Origin: Cenococcum geophilum
Taxonomy: Eukaryota
Assembly (NCBI GenBank): GCA_050273025.1
Contig: CP158636.1
Location: forward strand, 7,564,001 to 7,628,000
Reading direction: 5' to 3'
DNA length: 64,000 nucleotides
The stretch's first letter is position 1. Every line of letters begins with the position of its first letter. Below the pieces are notes generated by a model that saw nothing but the letters and a program-made list of their open reading frames with translations, was not told the origin of the DNA and made no database searches. The position numbers and the translations under genes are program-made. Below, one piece after another: positions 38,201 through 53,866 of this stretch.

Positions 38201-39899
38201 TAGCGGCTTATTTTATATTGCAGCTATTCTTTTAAGGCTTAGCGTTTAATTAAGGGTAGTAATTCATTTAGTATTAGGTATAGTATATTATATCCCTCTC
38301 TTTATACCTACTGTTATTTTATATATTTTCCAGTTAAAGACTAAAGAACTATTTTCCGAGATTAAGATAGAGAAAGGTAAGGTAAGTAGATTATGTTTAG
38401 GAGCTCTCTGCTATACTATTATAATAATACTACTAACTACTCTTATACCGGCTATTATTTAAGAATATATTGCAAGAATAAAGGATAGGTAATAGAGGCG
38501 GAAATTAGGGGTGCTAAAGGTCGTATTTAGAGATTATAATAGCCATTTATAAAAAAAACTTTAATTAAAAACTAGGAGTATAACTAGCGGAGAAAAAGGG
38601 CGCTTTATAGGGATATTTCGTTGTAATACGTTAGAAGGCTATGTCGGGAAGGTCTAACTACTAACGGCGTAAGTTAGCAGAAGCATAAAATTTCTTAAAT
38701 AGCTTAGAATGCACGCAGTTCTTTATGGCGTTTAGTTTTAGGTTAGCACTTTATTTAAATATATATAAATAATTAGCAGTATCTAAGTCCCTTATAGTTA
38801 GAACTAAGTATAAGCGGCAAAAACGTAATACCCTAACTATGTAATACCTTTTTAGGGATCTTAAACGTTTAAATAAGAACTAGTGTAACGTTACTTTAGC
38901 TATTAGCATTTGCAATTGCCGTTATCTTATATATGGTGGCTAATACGGCTAAGCGTCTTAATTGGGTTACTCTATAGGCATTAATAGGCCACGTAAGCCG
39001 GATAAGACCGCAGAACCAAAGATGTTTCCCTATTACTATTTATGTTAAGGGGACCATATTTAGCCCCCTTAGCATCCCTAAAATACTTCTCTATTTTAAG
39101 ACATATTTTATAGCTGCGCTTAAAATTAGGTATCCTTCCTATTATTTAATCCCTATATCCTATCTATAAATAGATGCTTAAATAATAATTAAGCGAGTAT
39201 AAAAGGATGTCCGTTTTTAACTTATTAGTAATTACACAAATTCCCCTACCTAAAAAAAAAAACTACGCGAAACTAAGATTTACTACCTTCTATCCTATAA
39301 CGTATTTACAATCCTAGTAATATATCCCTTACGAACTTTTAGCTCCGCTTTCCTTCTTAGCGTTATCTCTTAACTTATCTTCTTATCCCCTATTACCCTA
39401 ACCCTTATATAGCGTCAAGACACCGTCTTAGCTGGCTTCTAACTCCTAAGCCCAGACGCTAATTACTTCAATTTTAGCTTTAAGGGCAATATATTTAGCG
39501 CCGCGTGCGTATTAATTAATGCCGTACCTATATTTTTAAGCGTAAATCTAGATTAATGTATTATAAATGCTATAGGGAATATAGGGTATTTATTTAAGTA
39601 AGTCTTTAATCTACTACTTAAGGGGAAAAAAGGGAAGAAGTAAAGTAGAAATACGTGCTAATACGGGGCAGCCGCGTGCCTTTAGCTTCTGTTTAGACTA
39701 TACCTTAAAAAGCAATACATTGGAATTAACTTGCAATTATATAATAGGTGCTCCTAATACGTTTAAAACGTCTACTATTAATCTTAGTAAGTAGAAGTGT
39801 AAAACATCTATATACTCTATAAAACTAATAAAGAAGATAAATAGTATAGCGGAAGATAACGGAAACGGCGTGCTCGTATACGATAATAGAAGGGTTAAT

Positions 39900-41520
39900 T
39901 GCCGAGCTCCTAGTGCTACTTAAATTTAAGATTATAAGCATATTATAAATATAAAGGCATAGTGTATATAGTCTAGGCGAACGACTTCTAACAAGTTAAA
40001 GATTTTACTTGCTATTTTAATTGCCTCCTCCTCCTAAGTATTATTTAAGACTATATCCTACCTCGTAACCGTAGTCTATTAATTATGTTAATTAATATAA
40101 TATATATTTCGTGAAATAAAATCTACTATTCTCTTCTAAAGCTAATAAAAAGAGGTAACTTAATAAGGATTTAAGTCGCGCATACGTGTTTAAGTAGAGC
40201 GGTAATATTTAGGAGATTAGTACTAACTATTTATAAGAGGGCAAAGCTTAGAAAGCTATTACCGTCCCTCCCTGCGTGCTAAGATACCCTCCGTGCCGAA
40301 ATATATAAGGGGTACTTTAACTTACGCGCTATAGCAGATATAATACTAATAATAACTTCCTACTATTATAATAAGGCTCTAAGGCTTAGATAAGACCCTA
40401 ATATAAGTATTATAAGTAGTAAGAGCTTAATGGTGGTACTATAGTAAAGGGACATTATTACGCTATAAAAGGAGGCTCTCTGCAAATTAGGCGCGAAGGT
40501 AACGATATAAATGTAATTTATAGGTAGGAGGGATCCTAAATATTTAAAGGTAGCTATAGCATACAACTTGTATAGAATTATAGTAAAGCTCAACGTATGC
40601 GTAGAGTTATAGTTACTTAAAGTTAAAGTACCCCTTATATTTTCCGGTATAGTGGGTTTTCTATAACCTAGGGACAGACGTTATACTTTATTATCCTCCT
40701 TCGGAGTAGTATAGGTAACTTATACCTAGGCTAGATAAACTAGCTAATTAAGATTAATTTACTAGTAGTGATGCTGCTCCTTATATTACGAAATTTCTCC
40801 CACTTAAGGGAGTCCATTATTAGGTATTTAAAGCTTAGGGAAATACCTAAAGCCTTTTTAAGCACAACTACCATATTTATAAGCGAAATTTAGTAGCCTA
40901 TTTTAGGTATAAAGGAGGGGGAGAAGAATTTAGTCTAACTATTACCTAATGTTTAGAGATCTAGTATAAGAATAATTCCAATAGTCGCTAGAACTAAGGA
41001 CTATAATTAGGTTCTATGCGGACCTAAAACTAGTTTACTTATTAGTTAGTGTAGTGTTTAAACCTATAGAGCCCGTTTCTAGGTCCCCTATTTTTAGCTA
41101 TTAGGGGTAAAGGTAGCGTGGCCAGATATAAATATATTGTTCTTTTTAATTAGTCTCTTTAAGTTCTAGCCCTATTTTAGAATTTATATATAGAATATTC
41201 CTAGCCTTCTAAAAGAAAGCAATTTAAATATATAAAACTATATTCTAGAGTCTAGAGTAGGTCAAGCCCTATAATATAGAAGTGTATTCTAAATAGAAAG
41301 TAGGTATAATATTCTTATAAGAGGACAAAATGCTTCTAAATACTTATCTTTTAAACCTCTAAGAGGCGGGGGAGTTACGGGTATAGTAATCGCCAGTACT
41401 GTGTTTATTATTATACTGCTTGCTCTTTATATATATTTGCGTTATTAGAAGCGCGCTATGCGCAATAGAAGCCTTAAAGTTAGTCTTAATATAGTTTCGT
41501 AGCAAGCCTAGTAACGAACA
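39900..41520 (+). pseudogene. Relic of a probable single-pass membrane protein
   Basis: Long protein-like frame after RIP reversal, ending GGGVTGIVIASTVFIIILLALYIYLRY*KRA (TM helix plus basic stop-transfer). Family not recognised. Confidence 0.4.
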
Positions 41521-44500
41521 GCTCATCTATAAATATTATTAGTTAGTAGTGAAATACTAACCCCGTATATATTCTTACCTACTATAAATATGCAGTTGTC
41601 CCTAATTTAAGAAAAAAAGTTATTGAGCCCTAAATGTATATATATACCTCTGTCAAACTGAATTAGCTTATAGCACCCAATATATATCTCTTCTGGCCCA
41701 TTACTAAACCCTTATTTAACCTCCCCTAAAACGCCTTTAAGCACCGGCTCCTTAATCTGTTCTAGTAACATAAAAACACTCTCCCTAAACCTTCTCTTAC
41801 CCTACCCTAGCTTGATGCCTTTAAGCTTTATAAAGTCTGCCATTAAGTTTTAACTTCGTAAGTATCTATACAGATCTCTCGGTTGTAGTTAGCTATCTTA
41901 ATCTTTATAGTAGCCGATAGTGAAGCCGGTAGTGGCCTTGTATATAATTCTAAGGTCGGTTTATAGATGTTCTGCTAGGGTGCTTAGTCTCCTATAGGTA
42001 AAGTAACTTATAAATTTCGATAAAGGATAACACCTACCTAATAGAATTTGGCTTTTGTTTTCGCCTCTTTAATGCCTAGATAGAGTACTAAATATCCAAT
42101 AATAGACTTTCTAATGCTCTTTAACTCGTCAGCTTTATACTACTTCTTATATAAGGATTAGTCCACCGCCTTATACCTTTTACTTAGTGCACTGGAAATG
42201 GCTTTAAAAAGGGAACTTGGAAGAGAAGACAAACATTTAAAAAGAACAGAAAGTGGAGGGGTTTTAACTCGTTAGACTTTTAAAGGTCTAGTTACACAAA
42301 ATAGAAATACAACCTATAAGTAGCTAGGAGGAAAAAGGTGTTTATAATATAAAGAGATATCTTCTATACTAGTCCCGTGCCTTACTACGCTATATAATAG
42401 AGCGCAGAATCTAGTTAATATAATATTCTGCTAGCTTGAATCGAGAGGAACGAGAGCGTTTAGCGATGTTAAGTGTTAGTAATAATAGTACTAGAGGGTT
42501 AAGTAACCAAATTATATACTGATGCTATACGGTTATATAAAACTAGAATTATCTAAGGGTGCTAATATATAAGGAGCTATACGCATTATTTCAGTGCGGT
42601 AAATAATACACGCCTTTTATAATACCCTTTTTAATACCCTTTATAATGCATAAAATTCATTCCTTTAAACTATTTATTTATGCTAAGTATAATATCTAGA
42701 GCTGCTATATAAATATAAAGAAGTGGTAGTGTTTATAGAACTGTATTACGAGACTAATAAAGCAGAGTAGATCCTTTAAAGTTTATTATATAGCGGAGAA
42801 TGTAAGTATCTAAGCTATCTGCGGGCGGCGAACTCTAAGAGGTAGGCGGTATAATTCTTAGAGTAACGTTCCTTCCCAGCGTTAGTGATTTATAAATTAT
42901 GAGATTGTAATAGAATATAGTACATAATACTGTGCTAATAAGGAAACAAACTCACTAATCTATAGAAGTTAAACGCCGTTAATGCGCTTTATAATGGAAG
43001 AAGCTAATAAATTGGCTATCCCTAATTTTTTGCAATTGGCGAATATATAAATGGGCGGGATGGTAGACGAACTGTAAAACCGGCTAATAAGTCGTGGCCT
43101 ACTACGAGCAGACTACCCTATAACTACTAAGCTAAATCTTAGGCTAGGTTAGGAATTAAGCTAGAGAATTAGATGCTAAGATCTGGTAATACCTTTATAG
43201 GCTAAAAACACTGGTCTCCTTTTCGTTTAGTTTTATTATAGGAATCGATTATAAGTCACCTAATAGCAAGAGTGTCTATTAGCATAGCTATATTTCTACC
43301 ACTATATTAAAGTGGCGAGCACGTAATTTCTAATGTAAGTCACAGTTAAGATAGAAAGGGATTAGATTGTGTTCTAAAAATAGAGTATATAGCACTACTA
43401 GGACTATTTAGAAAATGCCCACCTTAGTAGTATATGTAGTAACTTAATGCGGAGTCCTCTTGGCGTTTAAGGGTAGGAGTCTAACGCTACTTAGCGTTTA
43501 GTTAAAAATATTATAAATTTAAACTACAGTCTGTATAGGCTCTATATAGCAATTTTAGTAATTACTAGTTAAGTGCACTATCTAACCTAGATACTATGCG
43601 CTTGCTAAAAGAGCTATGCACCTATAAAAAAGGCAAAGCCTTTTAATTTTTTAGGCTTAATTATAAGAGTTAAACTTAAAATTCTTTAGTGCGTATAAAG
43701 CGAAATTGTTATATATATTGCGCGCGTATATAGGGGGGAGATACTAGAGCCTATACAGACAGTACCTACCTATTTTCTATCGGACAGTTAAGCGCTTCAA
43801 ATTGGTCCGTACGTAAAATAGTTTTGGTATCACTATAAACAGCTTTAATTTTAACACAGTATAGTATATATATAGCTCTATCTAGAGGCTATTATCCTCG
43901 CCGGCTATAACACTTAAGATAAGCTTAAAGTTCTTAAGTAAAAGCGTGTTAAGGTCAAACCTGTTATCTATAGCTGTTGGATATAGAATGTAAAGATATA
44001 CAAAACAAGCTTACGAAGCTGTTTAGGACCGCTCTTAAATTACTATAGATACAAAATTATAGCCGGGGTAATGTAATATTTACTAGCCGCGCGGAGCGTT
44101 TTAAGCTTTGCTTTTGCAATCAAAAGTTTAGCTTAAAGGGTATGGCGCAGCGCGGCTGACCCTAGGTGGCTTAACAAAGCCACCTTACTACGTTATGGTT
44201 TGAAGACGCGCTGTCTCCCTAACTTAGGAGATTTATAAATGCACCGATTGTGTAAACAATCTCCTCATAGGCGTCTTTTACTTTAGTAATAGTAAATTGA
44301 TTATACAATGCCTTAAAGCATCCTACTTTCGCAGTTTTTCCTCCCGCTGTCGGCCGTCGGTCTTAGGCGTTTTATCACTAGCCTAGACGACCCTTATTAA
44401 GACTACTACAATTCCATTTATAGTGCTAGCCCTAAGGTTACGGAGAAAGTCTAAACTTAGTACGATAGCATTCGTCTAAGTTAGAAGAATAGTGTCGCTT

Positions 44501-45159
44501 TGCAATACTAACGTCCTCTAATATCTTTAGGGAATGATAGGGGCACTTTACCACTAAAATTGGGGGAACGGCTAATTGGATCACTTAGGTAATGGTAATT
44601 ACAGGTAAAGAGTACCAATTTAGGTTTTAAGTCGGCATAATTCGTAACTTTTAAACCCTTTTATAACGAAGAGCAGTAAGACCCTTAGTATATGCCGGCC
44701 TTAAGCCATAATTATATAACCTATGTCTTTATAAACTCTTCTACTACTTTATGTTTCGGCATCGCTTCCTAGAGCTGCTTAATTTATTATCGCAACTTAG
44801 TAGTATATAGAAGGTCTATTTATACTACAGCCATAGCATTTACAGGATAGCTCTATCTTTTAATTATCTAGCCTATAGAATGTTGTTTACGCTATATATA
44901 TATATATTCCTATTCACTCTTAATAGGCATAGATCTATACCGTAACCCTACTTAACCCCGCTAGCTATTCTCGTAGCTTCTATACTTACTATCTCTATAT
45001 CTAGTATAACTTATTCTTACGGCAGTCTGGCCCAAATAATGCGATAACTAAAGATAAAAGTGTGCTTTATATATATAGCTTAACGCGGTAAATCTAGTAA
45101 GTTATACCCTATCTTAATATATAACAAGTAATAAAATAATAGGTTTAATAAAAAATACT

Positions 45160-45700
45160 TCTAATTTAGCGGACCTAGTAATATCTACTCTTTAGTTAAG
45201 TCAATCGCTGCACTTTATAGCTAGAGGCCTTCTAAGCTAAAGCCTTATACCTAAACTTATAGAACTGCTTAAAGCCCTTAACACGGCATTAGAAAAGCTT
45301 GCCTAGATATTAACCATAATAAATGCCGAATTTATAGCACTAAAGCTCCCTTTATAAAGTTGCAGTAAGTGTTATAAAGGGCTTAATAAATAGATCAGTC
45401 AGGCGGCTTAATTAGGTGCTTATAATTGGGCTATATTTAAGTATATAGGCTAGAATATCTTTAGCTTTACACATACTTTAAAAATATATATATCTACTAT
45501 TATAATAAAGATAATAGACGTTGCGTTATATATTAAAGGCGTACTTATATAGACTAGAGCTAATACTAGTATAGGTTTATAGGCAATATTACGTTTACTA
45601 GAGAATGCCTTAAGGAATATAAAAAGCTTATTAAAGACACTTAGTCCGCTATTCTTAAAGAACTAGAAAGCAAGGTTTATTAATTAGGTAAAATAAGATA
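45160..45700 (+). pseudogene. Relic resembling the fungal N-terminal domain of STAND/NLR proteins (HeLo-like/SesA-like)
   Basis: ELLKALNTALEKLA*IL...FIALKLPL*SCSKCYKGLNK*I...WAIFKYIG*NIFSFTHTLKIYISTIII, resembling the pattern LKLPL..C...C..F...I...W..L.Y.G.DI..F...L..YKSTI.I. Confidence 0.5.
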
Positions 45701-46668
45701 GTAGCTTAGAAAATTAATTTTTCTATTACACCATAGGTTAATATATAGTTATTTATTAAACTAGTCTAGGCTATTTATTAGTGGCTACTACTAGTATATA
45801 TTTTCTTAATATGGCCATAGGGGCCGTTTGCCTGGGGTGGAATACTAGCACTGTTAATACTGAAATTTTTTAGTACTATATTAACTACTGTTCTATTCTT
45901 AACCTAATCTTATTATCCGCGTATATATACTATACTTAACATTTCTTAAAATAGTCTTTCTCTAAATTTCTTAACATTTAAGTTAAGTAAAGTAATAGAA
46001 GAGGCGTTAGTAATAGAGTTTATCTCAAAAGAGTTGACTGCGGATAATTGCGATAATGGGTTAGGTCTAGGGCGGACTTATTAATAGGAGTTTAGAAAGC
46101 GACGCATTTATTTAAGATAAGATTAAGGGGAAATTTAACGTGTAGGTTCTTTAAAGTTCTCTAGAAATAATAGGGTGGCATTAACCTAGGCGCGGACGTA
46201 GTTTATAAGGGTAATGGTAATAATAAGCTTGGCCTTATACAAGAGTTTTAAACAACCGTTACTTAGAAAGCGAGTTGGAAGGGCTTAAATTATATAATCT
46301 TAACACTATATTTAATTAAAGTTAAAATCGCATTAAATGTAATAAGATAGTATACGAAAGTTAAGCGTTAATTTATTTCCTACTGCTAGTAAGGTATAAA
46401 CACTGGTTAGTATACCCTGTAGCGATAAGGCAACTACGCCCATAGAAAGATAAAAAACTGCTAAATATGCGACCTAAGGGATCGCGGACGCTTTATTAAT
46501 ATAATAGACTCTATAATAAAGACAAATATAAAGGAGGGTAGTATTTGCGTCGCTAGGCTTCGCTTATCGTAGGTCCCTTATTTAAACTAGCTAGTTTATA
46601 AAGAGTGCGCTATATATTTAGGGATTGCAAAATAAAATTTTTACTCTAAAGTTCTATTATAAAGATCC

Positions 46669-49600
46669 TATATAATTACAGCACCTATTGTACCAACCGC
46701 GTGCTTATGCGTTCGGTACACCAGGTACGCGTTTACGCGTTTAGTGCACCAACCACTCGCTTACGCGTCTGGTGCACTTATGAAGCACTGACTAATTAGG
46801 GGGGAGGTGCATCAGTATATAGACCACGTAGTCTGCTTTATATAATCAACAGTCACCATCATCCAAAAGAGCATACGATACTATACGTATTTCGTGCCCC
46901 TAGATCTAACTCACTTATACTATTAAATTAGTACGAACACTAATTAGTGAGCGCGTATAGATCAGCAATTACTCAACACCTCCCCCCGAGCGATACTCAA
47001 CAGCGACCACCCGTTTAGACTCCTAGTACGACCTACTAAAAGGTCGGAAGTCGGGGATTACGGACTATTACCAACTCTGTATACTTATTTAAGTCTTAAT
47101 ACGGTTTACTAGAAGTATAATAGACGCGAATACAGACCTATATAGACCCCTACCCTTAACCTCCTTTGAACCTTAAACCCCCTCACCCTTTTACAAACCG
47201 TTACGGACCCATTAATTACTTTTATGGACTGTTACGGAGACCCCTTACCCTCTGCAAACCATTACGGACTTATTAATTACCTTTACGGACCGTTACGGAG
47301 ACCTCCTACCCCTCTACAAACTACTACGGACCTATTAAGACCCCTTACGGACACCCTCACCCTTCTATAAACCGCTACGGACCCGTTAACTGATTTTACG
47401 GACCACTACAAGACCTCTTCCACCTACTATGTACTACACTATATATATAGTATGGCAGATATCAGCAAGCAAGTCGATAAAGGTTAAGAAAAGTGGAGGC
47501 AGGGAGCTGACCTCACGTCCATACCTAACGTCAACAACTACATTAAATTTAAAGTTCTTAAATATAAATATTTTAAGCTCATAAACGTCGACCTATAGGA
47601 GCAATACTAGGAAGACTTCGCGGACTTTACGGAAGCTATCTTTAAAACATACAACCCTACTACCATCCGTAATCTACGGACCCTCTTATGTAACTAAGGT
47701 GTATAGGTTAAAAGGAATAAATAAGTTACTATTATATAGTCCCTGTATAACACAATATATAAGAAGGACTAAACGGAATAGACTAAAGAGGAAATCCTAG
47801 TCCAGTTCTAAGAAACTAAGGAACTCTTTACTTCTTCTAAACTTAATATAATCGCTAGCCTTATACCTAACCCACTTAACTAAATTCGTTCTATAAACCC
47901 AAGTAGTTTTAAAATTAATCTTATGGGCTAAAGCACACCCAGTACTTAAGTTACGGACTGTAATACCCCCGTAAACCAAAATACGGACCAAATTACCCCC
48001 GTTATTTAAGTCATAGATCCGTAAGCCATATATCCGCAAGCCACAGATCCGCAAGTTACAAATCCGCAACCTACCTAAGTAAAGACCTACAGTAAGGAGC
48101 TAGCTAACCTAGCTAAGCTTTATACCGACAAGTCTAAATACAGCGGTAAAAATAATAATTTTAACTTTAAACTAACTATCTTTATAGACCTCTGTTAGAA
48201 GGCCGATATCCCTAAATAGGAGTTCAGCTAAGCCTACTCTACTATACTACGCGGCCTAGCACTTAACCACTACTACACCAACCTTAAGAGCAACCCCTTT
48301 GGTGTTCCCTTTAATAAGCTATACGAAGCCATATATAACTACTTTAAAGGACTAGAATATAAGCGTAATATCCTTACCTAATGAAATGCGACCAAGCTAC
48401 GGACCGTAATTAATAAGAATACCGAAAAATTAACTATAGAGTGTCTGCAAATCCTTATTAAAGACCTCCGGCACCTATAGCACGGCCTTAACGCTAAGTT
48501 TTAAACAGACGACTTCCTGCATAACAAACTTATTACGGCTTATCAGAAAGTAGAGCCCTGCAAGTATACCTACTATAAGCCTACAGATACCTTAGCTGGC
48601 CTTATTAATAATCTACGCTCCTCTATTATAACGTACGAAGTCTTAAACCTACTAGGTAGCACTTAAGCCTTCGCTATGGATATTTAATATCCGTAAACAG
48701 ACTTAGACGTCTACTTTACGGACCGCTGTTACTGCTAGTAGCACCCATACCGACTAAGTCCTACTTGTAACCCCCGTAGCAACTCCCGTATAAAAGTATA
48801 CCCCCGCAGACAAACAAGCTAGAAATGCTTTGTGTGTGGTAAGGAAGGATATTAGTCTATAAGGTATACCCAGGAAGAACGTAATAGGTCTAAGAAGAGA
48901 TTTAATAAACAGATTAGCCAGTTTATCTTAGAATATAAAGGAGAGGAAGAAGAGGAACCCCCTAATAAGTTAATAGAAGCCCTTATAATTAACTTTAACC
49001 TAGATAACCAGGAACAGGAGACCTTAGAGATATTCTTAACTACTTTTAGACCTTTTACAGACAGCTAAGCCTTTAATATTATAACCGTATTAGTCGACCG
49101 CTTATTTATACACTTAATTGCACCTAAAAACCAATCTATAAGTATACCTGCTAGACCTATTATGGACGTTACGGACCATAAATAGGACCTATTTACATAT
49201 ATTACTATAAAACGCTATACCTCTAAAGAATTCTATAGTGTTATAATTAACATAGGTGCCTTAAAGAAGTCCACCGCGGGCTATAGACAATACCTTGCAT
49301 ATAGGACCACCACAAACGATAATACGGATATTAATATTACGTAAACTAGGGCCGTAAACGTCTAATTCGGCATCGGCTTAACCGCATTAATTAGATTAGT
49401 TAAAGTTAAGACTCTAATTGGCCTAGTTAACTTCCATATAGTAAAAGCGGACACCCCCTTCCTACTCTCTCTTGCAGATATAAACAGGTTATAGGTATAC
49501 TACAACAATGTTACGGACACCCTAATTGGCCCCGCAACTACCCTAGGAAGCAAGCATATTACCTTACCAATTACACGACGATTTGGACACCCGTTCCTTA

Positions 49601-52600
49601 TATAGGGAGAGACTTTACGGACCTACATTTAGGAATCTTTCGACTATAACCCGTGCTACCTTACTAGTACGGAAATCTACCGCCTGTACCGCCGTTTCGG
49701 CCACCCGTTAGCCGAAAAGCTGTATAGAGTCCTTAAATGCTCTGGACATGACAACGTTAATAAAAAGGCAGTTAACCACCTAATTAAATACTACTCCTTC
49801 TGCTAGAAATACGGACGTTCCCTAGGCCGATTTAAGTTCACCCTTTATAAGGACCTTAATTTCAACCATTTAATATACGTAGACATTATGTATATTAACG
49901 GCAGCCTAGTACTATATATAATTAATAAGGCAACCCACTACTAAGCCGCCCGTTAGTTGTAAAATATATCTATAAAGTATACTTGGGATATTTTACGGAC
50001 CTACTAGATTAACACGTACGTTAGACCTCCTGAGTATATCACCCACGACGCTAGTAGGAACTTTATTAGCAAGGAATTCTAGCAGTATGCTACGGCTATA
50101 GCTATATTAATAAAAGCTGTTCTAGTCAAGGCGTATTAGTTTATTAGGCTTATTAAGCGAGCTTACCTAGCCTTACAGAGAGCTTACTAGATTATTATAG
50201 ACGAATATAAGGATATTTAAAAGGAACTAGCTCTATAGATAGCCGTAAAAGCCGTTAACAACACCACTAGCCCGGACGGACTAGTACCTACTCTTTTGGT
50301 CTATGGAGCCTACCTAAGGATAAGTAACCTAGGCCCTCCTACCCCGTCTATTACGGAATAAGCAGCTATAATACAGAAGGCAATAGCCAAAATAGTTAAA
50401 TTACGGGCTAAATAAGCTATTAATAGCGCCCTATATTACCGTAACGGACCTAATACAACCTTAGTTTATGACCTCCCGCTTAATTCTAAAGTCCTTATAT
50501 AGCGTAAGAGCGGCAACTGGACCGGACCTTATTATTTACTAGCTGTAGAAAACGAGATATACTGCGTATAGCTTCCTAGCGGGCTAACTAGCTTTAAAAG
50601 CACGTCCGTAAAACCCTACTTTTGGCCCGAAAACACCTATAACGTTAAGCTAGATAAACTAAAAGCAACCGCCGAACTAGATAAACCAGGAGCGACTACT
50701 GAATTAAATAAACTAGAAGCACCCTTACCTACCCTAAAAGTCCCCTAGAAACCCACTAAACCTACTAAACCTACCGTAAAGCGTGGTTAAGGACGCCCCT
50801 AAAAGCACCCTATAACTAAGAACTCCGTAATAAAGAATTACCTAACCTCCGTAGGAATATCCGTAAGGCAATCTCCGCCTATAGATATATCAGTTCTAGT
50901 ATAGGAAACCCTATTTACGGACTTATAACGTAAAGAGATTAACGGACTACTTAAAAAGGGTATCTTTGCGGTTATAACGGAGAGAGACGTTCCGTAAGGC
51001 GTCCGTATATTTAACTTACGCTTTATTAATAAGATTAAGCACCCGGGTACTAATAAAGCCATTAAGAAATTAAGGCTTATTGTATAAGCTTATAATAACT
51101 AGGGAAAGGACCTAGTCCTTATGTAATCGCCTATAATTTAACGAGTCAGTTAACGGATTATACTTATGCTTACGCCTAGACTACAGCAAACTAAGCCCGT
51201 AGCCCTATACTTACGGGATATCTCGTAAGCCTATATGCAGTTTAATACCTACCTAAGTAGGGACATCTTTATACAGCTACCCCTTAAGCTTAACCTATAA
51301 CTAGGAATAATTTTATAGGTTATAAAACCTCTTTATGGAGTACCGGAAGCTAGAAACTATTGGTTTAAGATATACTACTAGCACTATATTAGTAAACTTA
51401 AAATGGAATAGTTAACCTACAACCCCTGCCTCCTATACAGCCCATTAAACGGCCTTAGTATTATTGGACTCTAAATAGATAATACCCTATTCCTAGCAGA
51501 TTAAACCTTTATAAACGCTAAAGAAACTAAACTATAAAAGGCCAAGTTCTTAGTAAAGCCGTAAGAGTAGTTAACTAAGTAGAATCCAATTAAGTTTAAT
51601 AGAGGCCTAATTACACAAAAGGGTAACCTAATTAAGCTAACTTAGGAACGCTAAGCTTAAAACTTAAAGCCTATTATAGTAAAGCCTATAGACCTTACTA
51701 GCTCCCGCGGAGAGACCTATAAGACCGTAAATATAAAGGACTAATACGTCGTATAGCGTGCAAGAGGCGCTTATATTGCTATAGTCTATTAGCCCAAATC
51801 TGCCTACAATTTATCCTTTGCGGCCCAGGTAGTAGATTTATAAGAAGAAAATATTAAGCAGCTTAATAAGCGCATTTAGTAGCAAATTAATAATGCAGTA
51901 AGGGGACTTACTTTTATACTACTAGACCTAAATTCCCTTAGCCTATTAGTATTTACGGACACCTCCTTTACCAATAACAAAGACCTATTATTATAAATTG
52001 GCTTTATAATTATACTTACGGACTATAATTAGGACGCAAATATACTATACTAGTCTTTAATTAAGTGTAAACGAGTAACCCGTAGTGTACTAGCTTCTAA
52101 ACTATATATACTAGCTTATAGATTTAATATAGCAGCCGCAATTAAATTAACAGTCTAGAAGATTCTATAACTAGAGCAGTTACCCCTAGTTTTATACACT
52201 AATTTAAAGTCCCTTTACGACTGCCTAGTTAAACTAGGTATAATATAAAAGAAGAGGCTTATAGTCGACCTAATATGCTTATATTAGGCCTACAAACGAC
52301 GCAAAGTTATAAAGGTTAAATAAATTAGCGGCGGAAATAACTTAGTAGATGCTATAACTAAGGCAAAGCCATATTAAGCCCTTAAAACCCTAATTAATAC
52401 GAATAAGCTTAACCTAAAAGTTATAGAATAGGTAGAACGGGACTAACGAAGTACCTATAGTACGCCTACGGCCCATTAGAAGGCCGTACGGCTTATTATA
52501 CGGCCTATTTTATAGACTGTAAGCTATTAGGTAGAAAACGGTAAAAAGCTGCGATGGAACTTAGTGGACTTACGTAACCTGCTAAATTCTGCCATATTCT

Positions 52601-53185
52601 GCCATAGTGGTCGAATTAACTAATTATGATTTTCCATACCGGGCACGGAAAATCGCCATTGGCTCGCTTAGCACTAGCGCCTTAGCGGCCCTTAAGATCT
52701 AACTTATAGCTTATCTACTACCCGTTAAAAGGCCGTATGGTTTATTTTATGGACCGTAAGCAGAACTTACAGCTAGCTTAGGGCACCGTTTAGAAGGCAG
52801 CCTAGACGGCATTTTAGGGGAGATTTCCTATATATTTTTCTTTGTGTTTTATAGTTTTATTAAAGCAATTACGGAGGCTGTATATAGGTAGTTTTATTTT
52901 TTAAGTACCGCTAGTATATAATTACAGCACCTGTTATACCAACCGTATGCTTACGCGTTCGGTACACCAGGTACGCGTTTACGCGTTTAGTGCACCAACC
53001 ACTTACTTACGCGTCTAGTGCACTTATAAAGCACTAACTAATTAGGGGGGAGGTGCATTAGTATATAGACCACGTAGTCTGCTTTATACAATTAACAGTT
53101 ACTATCATCTAAAAGAGTATACGATACTATACGTATTTCGTGCCCCTGGATCTAACTCACTCGTGCTATTAAATTAGTACGAATA
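46669..53185 (+). mobile_element. Full-length Ty1/copia LTR retrotransposon, RIP-degraded
   Basis: 271-bp LTRs at 46669-46939 and 52915-53185; TSD GATCC (46664-46668 and 53186-53190). Internal order is gag zinc knuckle (KCFVCGKEG), protease, integrase (RRFGHP), RT (KPLYGVPEA), RNase H (KSLYDCLVKLG...DAITK). Confidence 0.93.
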
Positions 53186-53866
53186 GATCCTTATCTAATC
53201 CTAGCTGGCATTTACCCCGCTATTAGAAACTCTTAGTATTTACCCTACTAACCTTTACCTCTATATGCCATTCTGTAGCGAAAAGCGCGTTTAAACGCCA
53301 ACTTCTCTCTTTATTTATATTAAAAATTAAACGCCTCTTAAATAAGGGTCTAGTCGGTGCGGCTTAGCCACCCTCCCTACTAGTAGGGGCGAGCTTAAAG
53401 TATTTTACGATTTAATTACCTACTGTAAATACCGCTAATTATACTACCCGTCCTAATAAGCCTTTGCAGATATTTAGCTTAGCTTAGCGCTTAAATATAT
53501 ATTTATATAGTGAAAATGGTTAGCTAACCTAAGTCCGGAATAATTATAGGACTAACACAGCAGAACTGCCCCTCCTTCGCAAACATAGTCTTAGAATTAT
53601 CCCTTAACCCTAGTATAAAAGCGCAGCCAAAGTAAAGAGTTATTAGCGTAGGAGTTAACTTACGCAACCTTATATAATATATTATTATCTCTATTAGCTG
53701 CGGTTAAACTTATTCTAATAGGTTAAGATACGTAGAAGGATAGATTGTTTATGGTAGGGTTTAATAGCAACTAGATAATATTATTTAAGCTAACGGTATA
53801 GGTATAGAGGGTAAATATTTTTAGAGTATATTTTAGATATTCTACTAACACACCCGGTTATAGGAA

